The notes: generated by a model not told the origin, from the letters alone. 34,605 bases of DNA from an uncultured Gammaproteobacteria bacterium (GCA_964490835.1 CAZBEA010000001.1:14870-49474); one strand, 5' to 3'; positions 8,781 to 17,599 are shown, numbered from the stretch's first letter. A program made the numbers and translations.

Positions 8781-11483
8781 TTAGCCGGAGGGTTTGGTCA
8801 AGAGTTTCACATTAAATTCCTCGTCTGTTGAGATGTTTTTTTGGAACGTGACGCTGCCGTCACCAAATGAAGAAATTTCGGCTGCATCTGCGGTATATGT
8901 ATGTGGAAATTTTAGAGTGAAATGAAGAGGATAAGTTTGGGTCCCCGGCTGCTTTTGATATAAAAGGGAATAGGTCATCACTCCGGTAAAGCGAGGCGCA
9001 AGCGAGCTGCTGAAGCCGACTTCGATGATCTGTCTTTTACCTTTGGGAACCGCGTGGACAAATCCATAGATTTGTTTTTCGTATTGGAAATTGTTATCTA
9101 GCTCCAGCCCCGCCGGCGCTTTATAATTGCGATTTTCATAAATTTGAAAATCTGTGACTGCCTGCGTCAGTTGTTGTTCTGTTCCGTCGATTGTGATCGA
9201 ATTCACGACACTTTTGTACGGCAAGCCGATTCTAAAATATGATAAATAATCATCTTTTGGAGATCTGTTTTCGATTATGATTTTTACAACTCCTTCCGGA
9301 ATGTCTTTTGAAATATCAAGCGTATAGCCAATTTCTCTGGTAACATACTGGTTTACTTTGTTTGAACCGATATTTGCTTCGTTTATGAATACGAAATCAC
9401 GAAGAGTCCGCCTATCAAGGATTCTGTAGTCTGAGATATCGTTTGTCAGATTCAGCGAGCTTATTATTTTTTGAATAGAGGGTTGTTTGAATGCGAAGAG
9501 AATATGCTTTTCTTTCATCATTAACGGTATTAAACCAAGAAATTGTGAAGTCTTCTCGGGATCTCCCATAATCTGATCATCAATTTTTTCAAACAGGCCG
9601 GTTAAGACGTCCTTTTTTTGGGTAGAACCGGGGAAGAAGTCTTTGTGAATTTCATTTTGGATCGTATCAAAGGCAGTATCTTGATCGAACGTGAGATTCA
9701 ATGTCTCAATTGTAATAGGTCCGGTTATTGCCAATATTCGTTCCAACACTTCATAATTTATTGCAATGACCCCGTCAACTTGTTGCCCTGTCTCAAGTGA
9801 ATAGAGTTGGGCGGCTTTTTGCGCGCTTTCTTCAAAATTGATATCAAAATTACTGTCTCTGAGGTACATGTGTGGTTGGAGATATTTACGTACGATGTAA
9901 TGTGGTTCGACATGTTTGGTAAGTTGGCCATCTAGCTCATACACATCCTCTATGTCAAGAGACTCGATTTTACCATCGGCCAGAACAAGCGTGCCGATCG
10001 TACCGATGAATCCTCCGGTTGGGCGAAGTTCGTGGTTGTTCTGAAAAAGAAGAAGATATGTTTTTTTGCCCGAATAACCAAGAATATCGGGAAGCAACGG
10101 GGATATGGCAAGATACTGTGTCTCGTCTCTATCTGAGAGTATGTTCTGCTTGTCAATTTTACTTAACAGACGTTGTGCCTGAAAGTACGAAAAAACAGCG
10201 TCTCGCGTAATTTGTTTTACCTCGGGTAACTCAAGTCCGGTTGGAATCTTCTTGGCAATTTGTTCGGTCTTGTAAAGTGTGTCTCCCAGCGAAATTACGT
10301 CATAAAACACCAGATATTCTGAGCGTACATCGTCTGTAAAAGGAAGAAGTGATAATACCTTAAATCCTAATCGCACCGTTGGATCGACCGAGACAAGGAG
10401 TGTGTGGATTTGACTTGCCTTTTTGGTTACTGCACCGAAATCACCTCGCTCATAGTCCTTTTTAACGCTCAGAGCTTGAATGTAAATGAGTGCACCGAGT
10501 AACAATAAGACAAAGAGAATAACAGCCGAAAGTATCATCCAGAACAACGCTACTCTTTTAAGGTGTTGTTTTGTAATTTTTCGCTCTTTTTTTGAGCCTT
10601 TTTTGTCAAGTGGCGGTTGAGCAGGTGATTCAAGAGTAGAGGAGGTGGGCATTTCGGATCTTGGATTGTTGGAAAAAAAAGGAGCAATGGTTTTTTCAAA
10701 CCCTTCAAGAACAGCTTCAAGATAGTGTCCCTTTTTGGATAGTTTTTGGTAAAGAAAATGTTCGATTTCATCGTGAGTTGTATAACGCTTAATATGCGCA
10801 GTGGGTTCTTTATACGAGACAGTAAGCTCGGGTTCAACCCGTTTGGCGAGCTGAACAAGCGTCGCTATCGACTGAGGGTGACGATAAAACAAATAATATA
10901 CTCCTGCTTTCTTACGACTCGAGAAAAGAACCGATGCGATTGCCGACAGAGTGTCTTCGAATGAAATCGGAAAAGTCGGTTCAAGATCGTTCCCCTCAAT
11001 TTGAAATGTGTGTTTTGTGCCAAGCTCTTCCAATATTGTTGATACCGTGTTGTTGATTTTGAACCGTGATGAGTAGACATCCCCTAAAAGCAAAAATGAG
11101 ATCTTCGGACTATTATTGTATTGCAGCAAAAGATCGGTAAACTCACCCAAGAGTCTGACCGGAATAAGAAATACGAGGGGAATAGGATTTGTTTTGGTAG
11201 CGAGTGAAATAAGTCTTTGCGCATAGACTTTATCGTTTTGTGAAGTTAGGTGAATAATTCCATATTCGATTTTATCCGCAATCCCGTTATACTTTTCGAG
11301 TTCTTGTGTTGAAAGAAAATAAAATGGATTCTGAAGCTGAGGCTTGGATGCGGAGATTACCAATAGTTTAAAATTATCTTGATAGTGAAGAAAAAATGGT
11401 TTTGCATACGCCTTGTCGTTCGTATAAAAAAACAAGACCGGTCGATCTTTATCAATTTCTTCTTCGGACAGGAGAACGGGCAT
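8781..11483 (-). CDS. DUF4012 domain-containing large envelope protein
   Basis: The ORF 8781..11543 is 920 aa. The ATG at 11483 (MPVLLSEEE) avoids overlap with the rnhA stop. A single TM helix (VALFWMILSAVILFVLLLLGALIYI) lies after a ~330-aa cytoplasmic region. The extracytoplasmic part contains LLFQNNHELRPTGGFIGTIG, which is characteristic of DUF4012. Confidence 0.75.
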   Translation of the reverse strand: MPVLLSEEEIDKDRPVLFFYTNDKAYAKPFFLHYQDNFKLLVISASKPQLQNPFYFLSTQELEKYNGIADKIEYGIIHLTSQNDKVYAQRLISLATKTNPIPLVFLIPVRLLGEFTDLLLQYNNSPKISFLLLGDVYSSRFKINNTVSTILEELGTKHTFQIEGNDLEPTFPISFEDTLSAIASVLFSSRKKAGVYYLFYRHPQSIATLVQLAKRVEPELTVSYKEPTAHIKRYTTHDEIEHFLYQKLSKKGHYLEAVLEGFEKTIAPFFSNNPRSEMPTSSTLESPAQPPLDKKGSKKERKITKQHLKRVALFWMILSAVILFVLLLLGALIYIQALSVKKDYERGDFGAVTKKASQIHTLLVSVDPTVRLGFKVLSLLPFTDDVRSEYLVFYDVISLGDTLYKTEQIAKKIPTGLELPEVKQITRDAVFSYFQAQRLLSKIDKQNILSDRDETQYLAISPLLPDILGYSGKKTYLLLFQNNHELRPTGGFIGTIGTLVLADGKIESLDIEDVYELDGQLTKHVEPHYIVRKYLQPHMYLRDSNFDINFEESAQKAAQLYSLETGQQVDGVIAINYEVLERILAITGPITIETLNLTFDQDTAFDTIQNEIHKDFFPGSTQKKDVLTGLFEKIDDQIMGDPEKTSQFLGLIPLMMKEKHILFAFKQPSIQKIISSLNLTNDISDYRILDRRTLRDFVFINEANIGSNKVNQYVTREIGYTLDISKDIPEGVVKIIIENRSPKDDYLSYFRIGLPYKSVVNSITIDGTEQQLTQAVTDFQIYENRNYKAPAGLELDNNFQYEKQIYGFVHAVPKGKRQIIEVGFSSSLAPRFTGVMTYSLLYQKQPGTQTYPLHFTLKFPHTYTADAAEISSFGDGSVTFQKNISTDEEFNVKLLTKPSG

Positions 11484-11523
11484 ATTATATAGTGTAGATG
11501 ATAGGGCGCGGGTTTTCCAGAAT

Positions 11524-11928
11524 TTATGCGTTATCAAGCGCAAAATTTGCCATCCGATCTGCTTCGGTGTTTTCTTCCCTTGCTACGTGTTGATACGTGA
11601 CCGATGGGAATTCTTTTTCAAGATTCTTGGCCGTAAAATAAAGACTTCGAATTATCTCGTGTTTTATTTTCCACTTTCCGCTCATTTGGCTTGCTACGAG
11701 CATCGAATCCATTTTGAATTGTATCGGTGAGTCATTCCCATAATTCTCCAGCACCCATTGAAGTGCTTTTATGACGCCCTGGTATTCTGCGTAATTATTG
11801 GTCTGGATCCCAAGGTGTATTCCCCGCTCGACGAGGAGGTGGTCATTTTCATACACAACAAATCCGCACGACGCGGGTCCCGGATTGCCTCTTGAGGCTC
11901 CATCGGTAAAAATGGTTAGCATTTTCAT
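11524..11928 (-). CDS. rnhA: Ribonuclease HI
   Basis: MKMLTIFTDGASRGNPGPASCGFV..., then NNYAEYQGVIKAL... and ADRMAN. The DEDD catalytic pattern is visible. The start was moved to ATG 11928 (preceded by GAGGAT), because the longer ORF to 12012 overlaps the valS start. Confidence 0.85.
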   Translation of the reverse strand: MKMLTIFTDGASRGNPGPASCGFVVYENDHLLVERGIHLGIQTNNYAEYQGVIKALQWVLENYGNDSPIQFKMDSMLVASQMSGKWKIKHEIIRSLYFTAKNLEKEFPSVTYQHVAREENTEADRMANFALDNA

Positions 11929-12010
11929 ATCCTCTATCTTACAACTTTTTCGGTGGCTTTGAAGATCTTTGATAGTTGGAAATGGAAATTGGTATGATAG
12001 AATTGGGCTC

Positions 12011-14140
12011 ATGGATAAGATATATGACCATAAAAAGGTAGAGGACGCTATTTACGAAAAGTGGGAATCGGAGGGTTACTTCAAACCAAATCCGAAGGCA
12101 ACGGGAGATCCGTATACTATTATTCTTCCCCCGCCCAACGCCAATGCTCCACTCCACTTCGGGCATGCGATGTATGTTGTCGAGGATATTCTGATTCGCT
12201 ACCACAGGATGAAGGGAGACAAAACCTTATGGCTGCCTGGCGCAGATCATGCCGGGTTTGAAACGCAATTTGTGTACGAAAAGCATTTAAGAGAACAGGG
12301 AAAGTCACGCTTTGATTTTGAGCGTGAACAGCTATTTCAGGATATTTGGGATTTTGTGCATAAAAATAGAGGGGGAATGGAATCTCAACTTCGCAAACTT
12401 GGTTTTTCTCTTGACTGGTCAAGGCTTAGATTTACAATGGATCCGGATATTGTAAAGATCGTATATCGCACATTTAAAAAACTCCACGATGACGGACTCG
12501 TATATCGTGATCTGAGACTTGTCAATTATTGTACATTCGATGGTACCAGCTTTTCAGACCTCGAAGTTATGTACGAAGAAAGACAAAATCCACTCTATTA
12601 CATTAAATATGGCCCACTTGTGCTCGCTACGACCCGTCCAGAGACAAAGTTTGGAGATACCGCCGTTGCAGTTCATCCGGATGATGATCGGTACCAAAAA
12701 TATGTTGGAAAAGAAATTGAAATTGAGACGGTTTTAGGGCAGGCAAAAATTACTGTTATTGCAGACGAAATGGTCGATCCGGAATTTGGAACAGGAGTTG
12801 TGAAGATTACTCCAGCGCACGATTTTAATGATTTTGATACGGGTAGAAGACACAGTCTTCCCATAAAGCAAGTTATCGGGTTTGATGGCAAGATGAATCA
12901 TTATGCGGGGAAATTTGAAGGAATGTATATAAAGCAAGCTCGGAAAGCAGTTATCGAGGAAATGCAGGCCAAGGACTTGGTTGAAAAGATTGACGAAAAA
13001 TATACGCACAGAATTGGACTTTGCTATAAATGTAAAAATCCAATCGAGCCGCTACCTCTTGAGCAATGGTTCATTAAAATGAAACCGCTTGCCACACCCG
13101 CAATCGAGGCTGTTAAAACGGGAGATGTAAAGATTTTCCCTAAGAATTTTGAGAAATTGTATTTCCAGTTTTTAGAGAACATTCGAGATTGGAATATTTC
13201 TCGTCAAGTTGTTTGGGGGATCAGAGTTCCTGCATGGAAGAATACCAAAACCGGTGAATGGATCGTGACGGAAGGTGATGCTCCACTGGGTGAGGATTGG
13301 GTTCAGGACGAGGACACATTTGATACGTGGTTTTCTTCGGGTCAGTGGCCATTTGCAACACTTGAGTCGCTCGGAAAGGACGAATTGAAGGAATTCTATC
13401 CTACATCTGTTATGGAAACCGGCTACGACATTCTCAGATGGTGGGTAGCTCGTATGGTAATGCTCGGAATTTATGCGACGGGTAAAGTTCCTTTCCGACA
13501 CGTCGTTCTTCACGGCCTTGTAAACGACCCATTAGGAAAGAAAATGAGTAAGTCTAAAGGAAATGTGGTGAACCCAATCGAGCTTGCTGACCAATATGGA
13601 GCAGACGCTGTGCGATTTGCTCTTGTCTACGGAACAGCGCTCGGAAATGATCAGTCTCTTTCGTACCCTACTCTTGATGCCGCGCGAAAATTCACTAATA
13701 AATTGTGGAACATTGCACGATTTATCGAAATGAAACGAGGTCAGACAAGGTTTAAGACTGTTGTACCCAAAACAATTTCACAGCTAAAACAATTAGCAAA
13801 GGATGAATCAGATAAGAAATTCATTGAAGCCGAAGAAAAGCTGGTTGAAGACGTCACAAAGTATTTAGCTAACTATCAATTTAATTTTGCCTCAGACAAG
13901 TTATATGAATTTACATGGCACCAGTTTGCAGATAAGTACATCGAGGATGTTAAAATTCGAATCGACACAGAATTCGATTTAATTAAGAATACCGAGCCTA
14001 TGATTGTTTTGGAATCGTTATTCTTTACTCTTCTAAAACTCCTTCACCCTATTATGCCATTTATAACCGAAGAAATTTCAACCCGTCTTGGGTTGTCGGA
14101 AAAGATGCTAATAATCGAATCTTGGCCTGCTTCAAAATAA
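12011..14140 (+). CDS. valS: Valine--tRNA ligase (short form, 709 aa)
   Basis: The HIGH region is PPPNANAPLHFGHA, followed by WLPGADHAGFETQ. Editing-domain motifs TTRPETKFGDTAVAVHP and GTGVVKITPAHDFND are present, as is KMSKS at residues 511-515. ATG 12011 (MDKIYDHKKVE) was chosen over the upstream ORF start. Confidence 0.92.
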   Translation: MDKIYDHKKVEDAIYEKWESEGYFKPNPKATGDPYTIILPPPNANAPLHFGHAMYVVEDILIRYHRMKGDKTLWLPGADHAGFETQFVYEKHLREQGKSRFDFEREQLFQDIWDFVHKNRGGMESQLRKLGFSLDWSRLRFTMDPDIVKIVYRTFKKLHDDGLVYRDLRLVNYCTFDGTSFSDLEVMYEERQNPLYYIKYGPLVLATTRPETKFGDTAVAVHPDDDRYQKYVGKEIEIETVLGQAKITVIADEMVDPEFGTGVVKITPAHDFNDFDTGRRHSLPIKQVIGFDGKMNHYAGKFEGMYIKQARKAVIEEMQAKDLVEKIDEKYTHRIGLCYKCKNPIEPLPLEQWFIKMKPLATPAIEAVKTGDVKIFPKNFEKLYFQFLENIRDWNISRQVVWGIRVPAWKNTKTGEWIVTEGDAPLGEDWVQDEDTFDTWFSSGQWPFATLESLGKDELKEFYPTSVMETGYDILRWWVARMVMLGIYATGKVPFRHVVLHGLVNDPLGKKMSKSKGNVVNPIELADQYGADAVRFALVYGTALGNDQSLSYPTLDAARKFTNKLWNIARFIEMKRGQTRFKTVVPKTISQLKQLAKDESDKKFIEAEEKLVEDVTKYLANYQFNFASDKLYEFTWHQFADKYIEDVKIRIDTEFDLIKNTEPMIVLESLFFTLLKLLHPIMPFITEEISTRLGLSEKMLIIESWPASK

Positions 14141-15898
14141 TTACTTCACCGTTACACTCTTTGCCAGATTGCGTGGTTTGTCAGGATCTTCTACCCCCCG
14201 CTTCAGTGCTGCATAGTACGCAAGGAGTTGTGAAATCACAACTTGTGATAATAATGTTGCGTTCCCGAGATCCTCAGTCTCAAGCCACAGATCAAAAATG
14301 TCACTGTTTTTTGGCCCTATTCCCATGATATACCCTCCCCTTGTTCGAATTTCTTGAGCGTTTGAAAGGATATCGTTGTGCGTTTCATCGTTTGGAGCGA
14401 TTACGATACAGGGTGTGCCCTTCTCAATGAGAGCAAGAACGCCGTGTTTGAGTTCTCCTCCTGCAAAACCTTCGGCATGGATGAGCGCAGTTTCCTTAAT
14501 TTTTAAAGCAGTCTCAAGAGTTGTTGCATACGAAAGCCCCCTGCCAATTACAAACACGGCAGGTGCCTTTGCAATAATGTCTGAAGCCCTTTTAATATCG
14601 GATGTCCTTTTCTGTAGCGTTTTTGTAATGTCCTCAGCCGCTTTGCGTAAGAGCTGTTTGCCTTCCGTAAGATCCCCTTTTATTGAATAGGCAAGGAGTA
14701 AAAGGAGTGATACCATCGAGACGTAGCTTTTTGTCCCCACGACTGCAATTTCTGGTCCCGCATCAAGAAGGAGCGATTGATCCGATTTTCTAAAAAGGGT
14801 TGAGCCATAGACATTTGTGAGGGATAAAATTGTCGATCCAATTTTTTTAGCTCGTGTGACGGGGTCGATTATATCAATCGTTTCGCCACTCTGGGAGATT
14901 GCAAGTACCGCACTTTTCGGAGTCAAAAAATCCTGCAGATACGAAAATTCAGAGCCAACAGAAAAATTAATATGTTTGCCTGCAATCTTGGAGAAAAGAT
15001 ACTGTCCCGCAAGAGCAGCATACGAAGCGGTTCCGCATCCGATTGCATATGTTCCAAAGGCTTTTTTGATTTGTTCCGCAAAATGATCGATTTGAGCTGC
15101 GTCACGTTCAGCAATCCTTTTTATGCAGTCCGGTTGTTCGGATATTTCTTTCAGCAAGAAATGGTCGTACCCGTCTTTGGTAGGCACCTCTTTTTTCCAT
15201 GAAAGTGTTTGAAACAGGATTTCACCCCTTTTCCCGCGCATATCAAAACTCTCGATACTCTTGCCAATTTTTATAAAAACATTATCCTCAACAAAAAGAA
15301 CGGTATTAGTGTGTTCCATTATTCCTGCCGGATCTGAGGCGACATAGAATTCACCCCTTTTCCCTTCACCGATGACCATAGGTGAGCCGTTTTTTACCGC
15401 GTAGATTTCATTGGTTTGAGAGTTAATTATGAGAAAAGCGTTAAGACCTTCAAGTTCCCCAAATCCTTTTCGTACCGCTTCACCGAACGGAAGTTTTTTT
15501 GATAACTCCTCAAGTAGGTGTGAAAAGACTTCGGTGTCTGTTTCTGAACTGAATTTGTGGTTTTTAGCCACAAGATTAGCTTTTAGATTTGAGTAATTTT
15601 CAATAATGCCATTATGAACAACAGCTATTGTTTTCGTGCAATCGAGATGCGGATGAGCATTTTCACGGGTAACTCCCCCGTGTGTGGCCCAACGGGTGTG
15701 ACCGATTGCAATATGCGAAACAGTTGTAATAGGGGATGAGGCGGGGAGCTTGCCGACCTCTTTAATAGTAGCGAGGGTTTTTCCACTGTTCCAGGAAATG
15801 CCCCAAGAATCATACCCCCGGTATTCCAAAGTCCTCAGTCCGTTAAATACAATTTTTACCGCATCACGCTCACCAATATACCCGAATATCCCGCACAT
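14141..15898 (-). CDS. glmS: Glutamine--fructose-6-phosphate aminotransferase (isomerizing)
   Basis: 585 aa. It has N-terminal MCGIFGY (Ntn Cys), two SIS-like halves, and C-terminal DKPRNLAKSVTVK. Its stop codon directly abuts the valS stop. Confidence 0.95.
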   Translation of the reverse strand: MCGIFGYIGERDAVKIVFNGLRTLEYRGYDSWGISWNSGKTLATIKEVGKLPASSPITTVSHIAIGHTRWATHGGVTRENAHPHLDCTKTIAVVHNGIIENYSNLKANLVAKNHKFSSETDTEVFSHLLEELSKKLPFGEAVRKGFGELEGLNAFLIINSQTNEIYAVKNGSPMVIGEGKRGEFYVASDPAGIMEHTNTVLFVEDNVFIKIGKSIESFDMRGKRGEILFQTLSWKKEVPTKDGYDHFLLKEISEQPDCIKRIAERDAAQIDHFAEQIKKAFGTYAIGCGTASYAALAGQYLFSKIAGKHINFSVGSEFSYLQDFLTPKSAVLAISQSGETIDIIDPVTRAKKIGSTILSLTNVYGSTLFRKSDQSLLLDAGPEIAVVGTKSYVSMVSLLLLLAYSIKGDLTEGKQLLRKAAEDITKTLQKRTSDIKRASDIIAKAPAVFVIGRGLSYATTLETALKIKETALIHAEGFAGGELKHGVLALIEKGTPCIVIAPNDETHNDILSNAQEIRTRGGYIMGIGPKNSDIFDLWLETEDLGNATLLSQVVISQLLAYYAALKRGVEDPDKPRNLAKSVTVK

Positions 15899-15957
15899 GA
15901 TGACATAATAAGTTTAAAATCTTCTCGTGTCAACAAAGATTCGGGTATAATAAAACT

Positions 15958-16359
15958 GTGAAAAAAGTAAAGGAAAAAGTAACTCGTGCAAAAAACAAAT
16001 TTATTCAACTAAAGCCACCGGTTACGGTTCAACTCGCCGATTACTACAATCATCTTGTTCGTCTTTTTGTCTTGTTTACTATCGCTTCATTTGCGGTTTT
16101 AGTAACGGTGCTTTTACTGGTTTCAAAGTCGTATCAGAAGTCGATAGAACAATCACGAGGAGCGGTGAAAGAATATTATTATTGGAGGGAAGTAGCAAAG
16201 ACTCATCCGGATTTTCCCGATGGACTCATACAAGCTGCGCGATATTCGTATGCGATGGGGTATACAAGAGAAGCTTTGATGTATATAGAGCAAGCGCTTA
16301 TTCAGGATCCAAAATCGAAAAAGGCTTTAGAATTACGCGATGTAATTATGGAGGAATAA
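15958..16359 (+). CDS. Hypothetical membrane-anchored protein with a TPR-like C-terminus
   Basis: 133 aa with a GTG start and one TM helix (LFVLFTIASFAVLVTVLLLV). The C-terminal segment AARYSYAMGYTREALMYIEQALIQDPKSKKALEL is TPR-like. There is no recognisable family. Confidence 0.5.
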   Translation: MKKVKEKVTRAKNKFIQLKPPVTVQLADYYNHLVRLFVLFTIASFAVLVTVLLLVSKSYQKSIEQSRGAVKEYYYWREVAKTHPDFPDGLIQAARYSYAMGYTREALMYIEQALIQDPKSKKALELRDVIMEE

Positions 16360-16360
16360 A

Positions 16361-17050
16361 TTATTCTTCGGATTGAGTCTCGGATGGTTCCGATCCACCC
16401 TCCTCTGCGGTTTGAGCCTGGTCACCTGCCGGTGTTTCACCTTCTGCTCCTTCGGCACCTTCTTCTGCGGGTGCAGCTTCGGGTTCTTCAACTTTTTGTA
16501 CAAGTTCGTCTATCTTGAACGCGATCTGTGTTGGGTCCGTGATGATTGTAAATGTTGAGGGAGCCTTAATATCCCCAACGAGTATGTGGTCACCCACGTT
16601 AGCAAGAGTTTGGACATCTACCTCAACCTTCTCCGGAAGGTCAGTAGGAAGTGCTTCAATTTCAACGTCCGGGTGAACTTGAATAAGAATTCCAAGTTTG
16701 TCTTTGACAGCAACAGCCTCCCCAACAGCGGCAAGTGGAACTCGGGTTGTAATCTTTTGTTTCAAATTAACGACGAGAAAATCCACGTGTAGCACGTCTT
16801 GAGTTCGAGGTTCTTTTTGCACGCTATGAATTAGAACAGGAAGCGTTTCTTTTTCGAACGAAAGATCGACAACGCCTGTTTCACCGGCGCTTTTATAAAC
16901 AGTCATAAATTCTTTGATCGGGATTTGAATTGCCACGGATTTATGACCCTGTCCGTACACGTTAGCCGGCATTATGCCATCGCGGCGTAATTTCTTTACC
17001 TTTTTGCCGAGGACCGATCTTTTATCTGCTGAAAGTGATTCTCTTTTCAT
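16361..17050 (-). CDS. rplY: 50S ribosomal protein L25/general stress protein Ctc
   Basis: 229 aa. The N-terminus is R...GKKVKKLRRDGIMPANVYG. It also has a beta-barrel second domain and an acidic Glu/Ala-rich tail. Confidence 0.88.
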   Translation of the reverse strand: MKRESLSADKRSVLGKKVKKLRRDGIMPANVYGQGHKSVAIQIPIKEFMTVYKSAGETGVVDLSFEKETLPVLIHSVQKEPRTQDVLHVDFLVVNLKQKITTRVPLAAVGEAVAVKDKLGILIQVHPDVEIEALPTDLPEKVEVDVQTLANVGDHILVGDIKAPSTFTIITDPTQIAFKIDELVQKVEEPEAAPAEEGAEGAEGETPAGDQAQTAEEGGSEPSETQSEE

Positions 17051-17103
17051 AAGACTTAAGTATTTTACCTAAAAGCTTTCAAAAACACAAATGAGGCAGC
17101 GAT

Positions 17104-17133
17104 TTGACCGAGAGTGGCGCTGTTAGGTATAAT
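17104..17133 (+). promoter_or_regulatory. Sigma70-type promoter, TTGACC-18 nt-TATAAT
   Basis: TTGACC lies at 17104-17109 and TATAAT at 17128-17133, with an 18-nt spacer. The predicted +1, about 7 nt after the -10, falls on or next to base 17141, the first base of the tRNA-like gene. Confidence 0.5.
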
Positions 17134-17140
17134 ACATGGT

Positions 17141-17210
17141 AGCGGGGTAGTGTAAAGCTGCACAGGAGGCTCATAATCTCCCAGACAAGGTGCGATTCCT
17201 TGCTCCGCAA
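17141..17210 (+). tRNA. tRNA-Met(CAT), initiator-like, 70 nt, with atypical D and T loops
   Basis: Hand-folded cloverleaf. The acceptor is AGCGGGG/CTCCGCA, with 1:72 as A x A and 2-7 paired. The D stem is GTGT/GCAC with a 6-nt loop AAAGCT (no GG). The anticodon stem is GGAGG/TCTCC with loop CTCATAA. The T stem is CAAGG/CCTTG with loop TGCGATT. The discriminator is A and no CCA is encoded. Both ends resemble E. coli tRNA-fMet (CGCGGGG...CCCCGCAA). Confidence 0.6.
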
Positions 17211-17219
17211 CACGATATT

Positions 17220-17552
17220 CTAGAAAAGCAGTTCAAACCACTTCTTCCAGTTTGGAGTATTCTCTACCAATTCTTCAAATTCCCGTTCTTCAGGTGGAGG
17301 TGCAAGAATAACATATTCATCTTTCTGGACCAGACCTAACTCGTTGCGTGCCTCTTCTTTAATAAACTCGTCGGTCTGCACAAATTGGAGCCTTTCTTTC
17401 AAAAAAGCATTTTTTTTTGCATTTTCATTTAGTTCGCTTTGTAAAATTTCTGCTTTTTTTATTGACTCTGTAGAATCCTTTATCTGAAAGATAATCCGAT
17501 AAATTGCGATTAAAAGTAATGCGATTATTCCAATTAAAATTAACTTTTTCAT
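17220..17552 (-). CDS. ftsB: Septum formation initiator (FtsB/DivIC family)
   Basis: About 110 aa from ATG 17552 (MKKLILIGIIALLLIAIY). It has an N-terminal TM helix, a coiled coil, and the DEFIKEEARNELGLVQKDEYVI motif typical of FtsB/DivIC. Confidence 0.75.
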   Translation of the reverse strand: MKKLILIGIIALLLIAIYRIIFQIKDSTESIKKAEILQSELNENAKKNAFLKERLQFVQTDEFIKEEARNELGLVQKDEYVILAPPPEEREFEELVENTPNWKKWFELLF

Positions 17553-17554
17553 TA

Positions 17555-17583
17555 TTGACAAAGCTACAGGCAACTGATATTAT
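17555..17583 (+). promoter_or_regulatory. Sigma70-type promoter with extended -10 (TTGACA-17 nt-TGaTATTAT)
   Basis: TTGACA lies at 17555-17560 and TATTAT at 17578-17583, preceded by TG at 17575-17576. It is 17 nt upstream of the recombinase ATG, which implies a very short leader without a Shine-Dalgarno sequence. Confidence 0.4.
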
Positions 17584-17599
17584 AGGCTCTTAACACACC

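Noticed and set aside
11929-12010. Possible T-box leaders upstream of valS (and of trpS at 25909-25926)
   Set aside because: The spacers are 82 nt and 18 nt, too short for a T-box riboswitch, and no AGAGA/T-box sequence is seen.
15899-15957. A possible glmS ribozyme upstream of glmS
   Set aside because: Only 59 nt separate the glmS start from the divergent gene, which is far shorter than the ~170-nt ribozyme, and no conserved core is visible.
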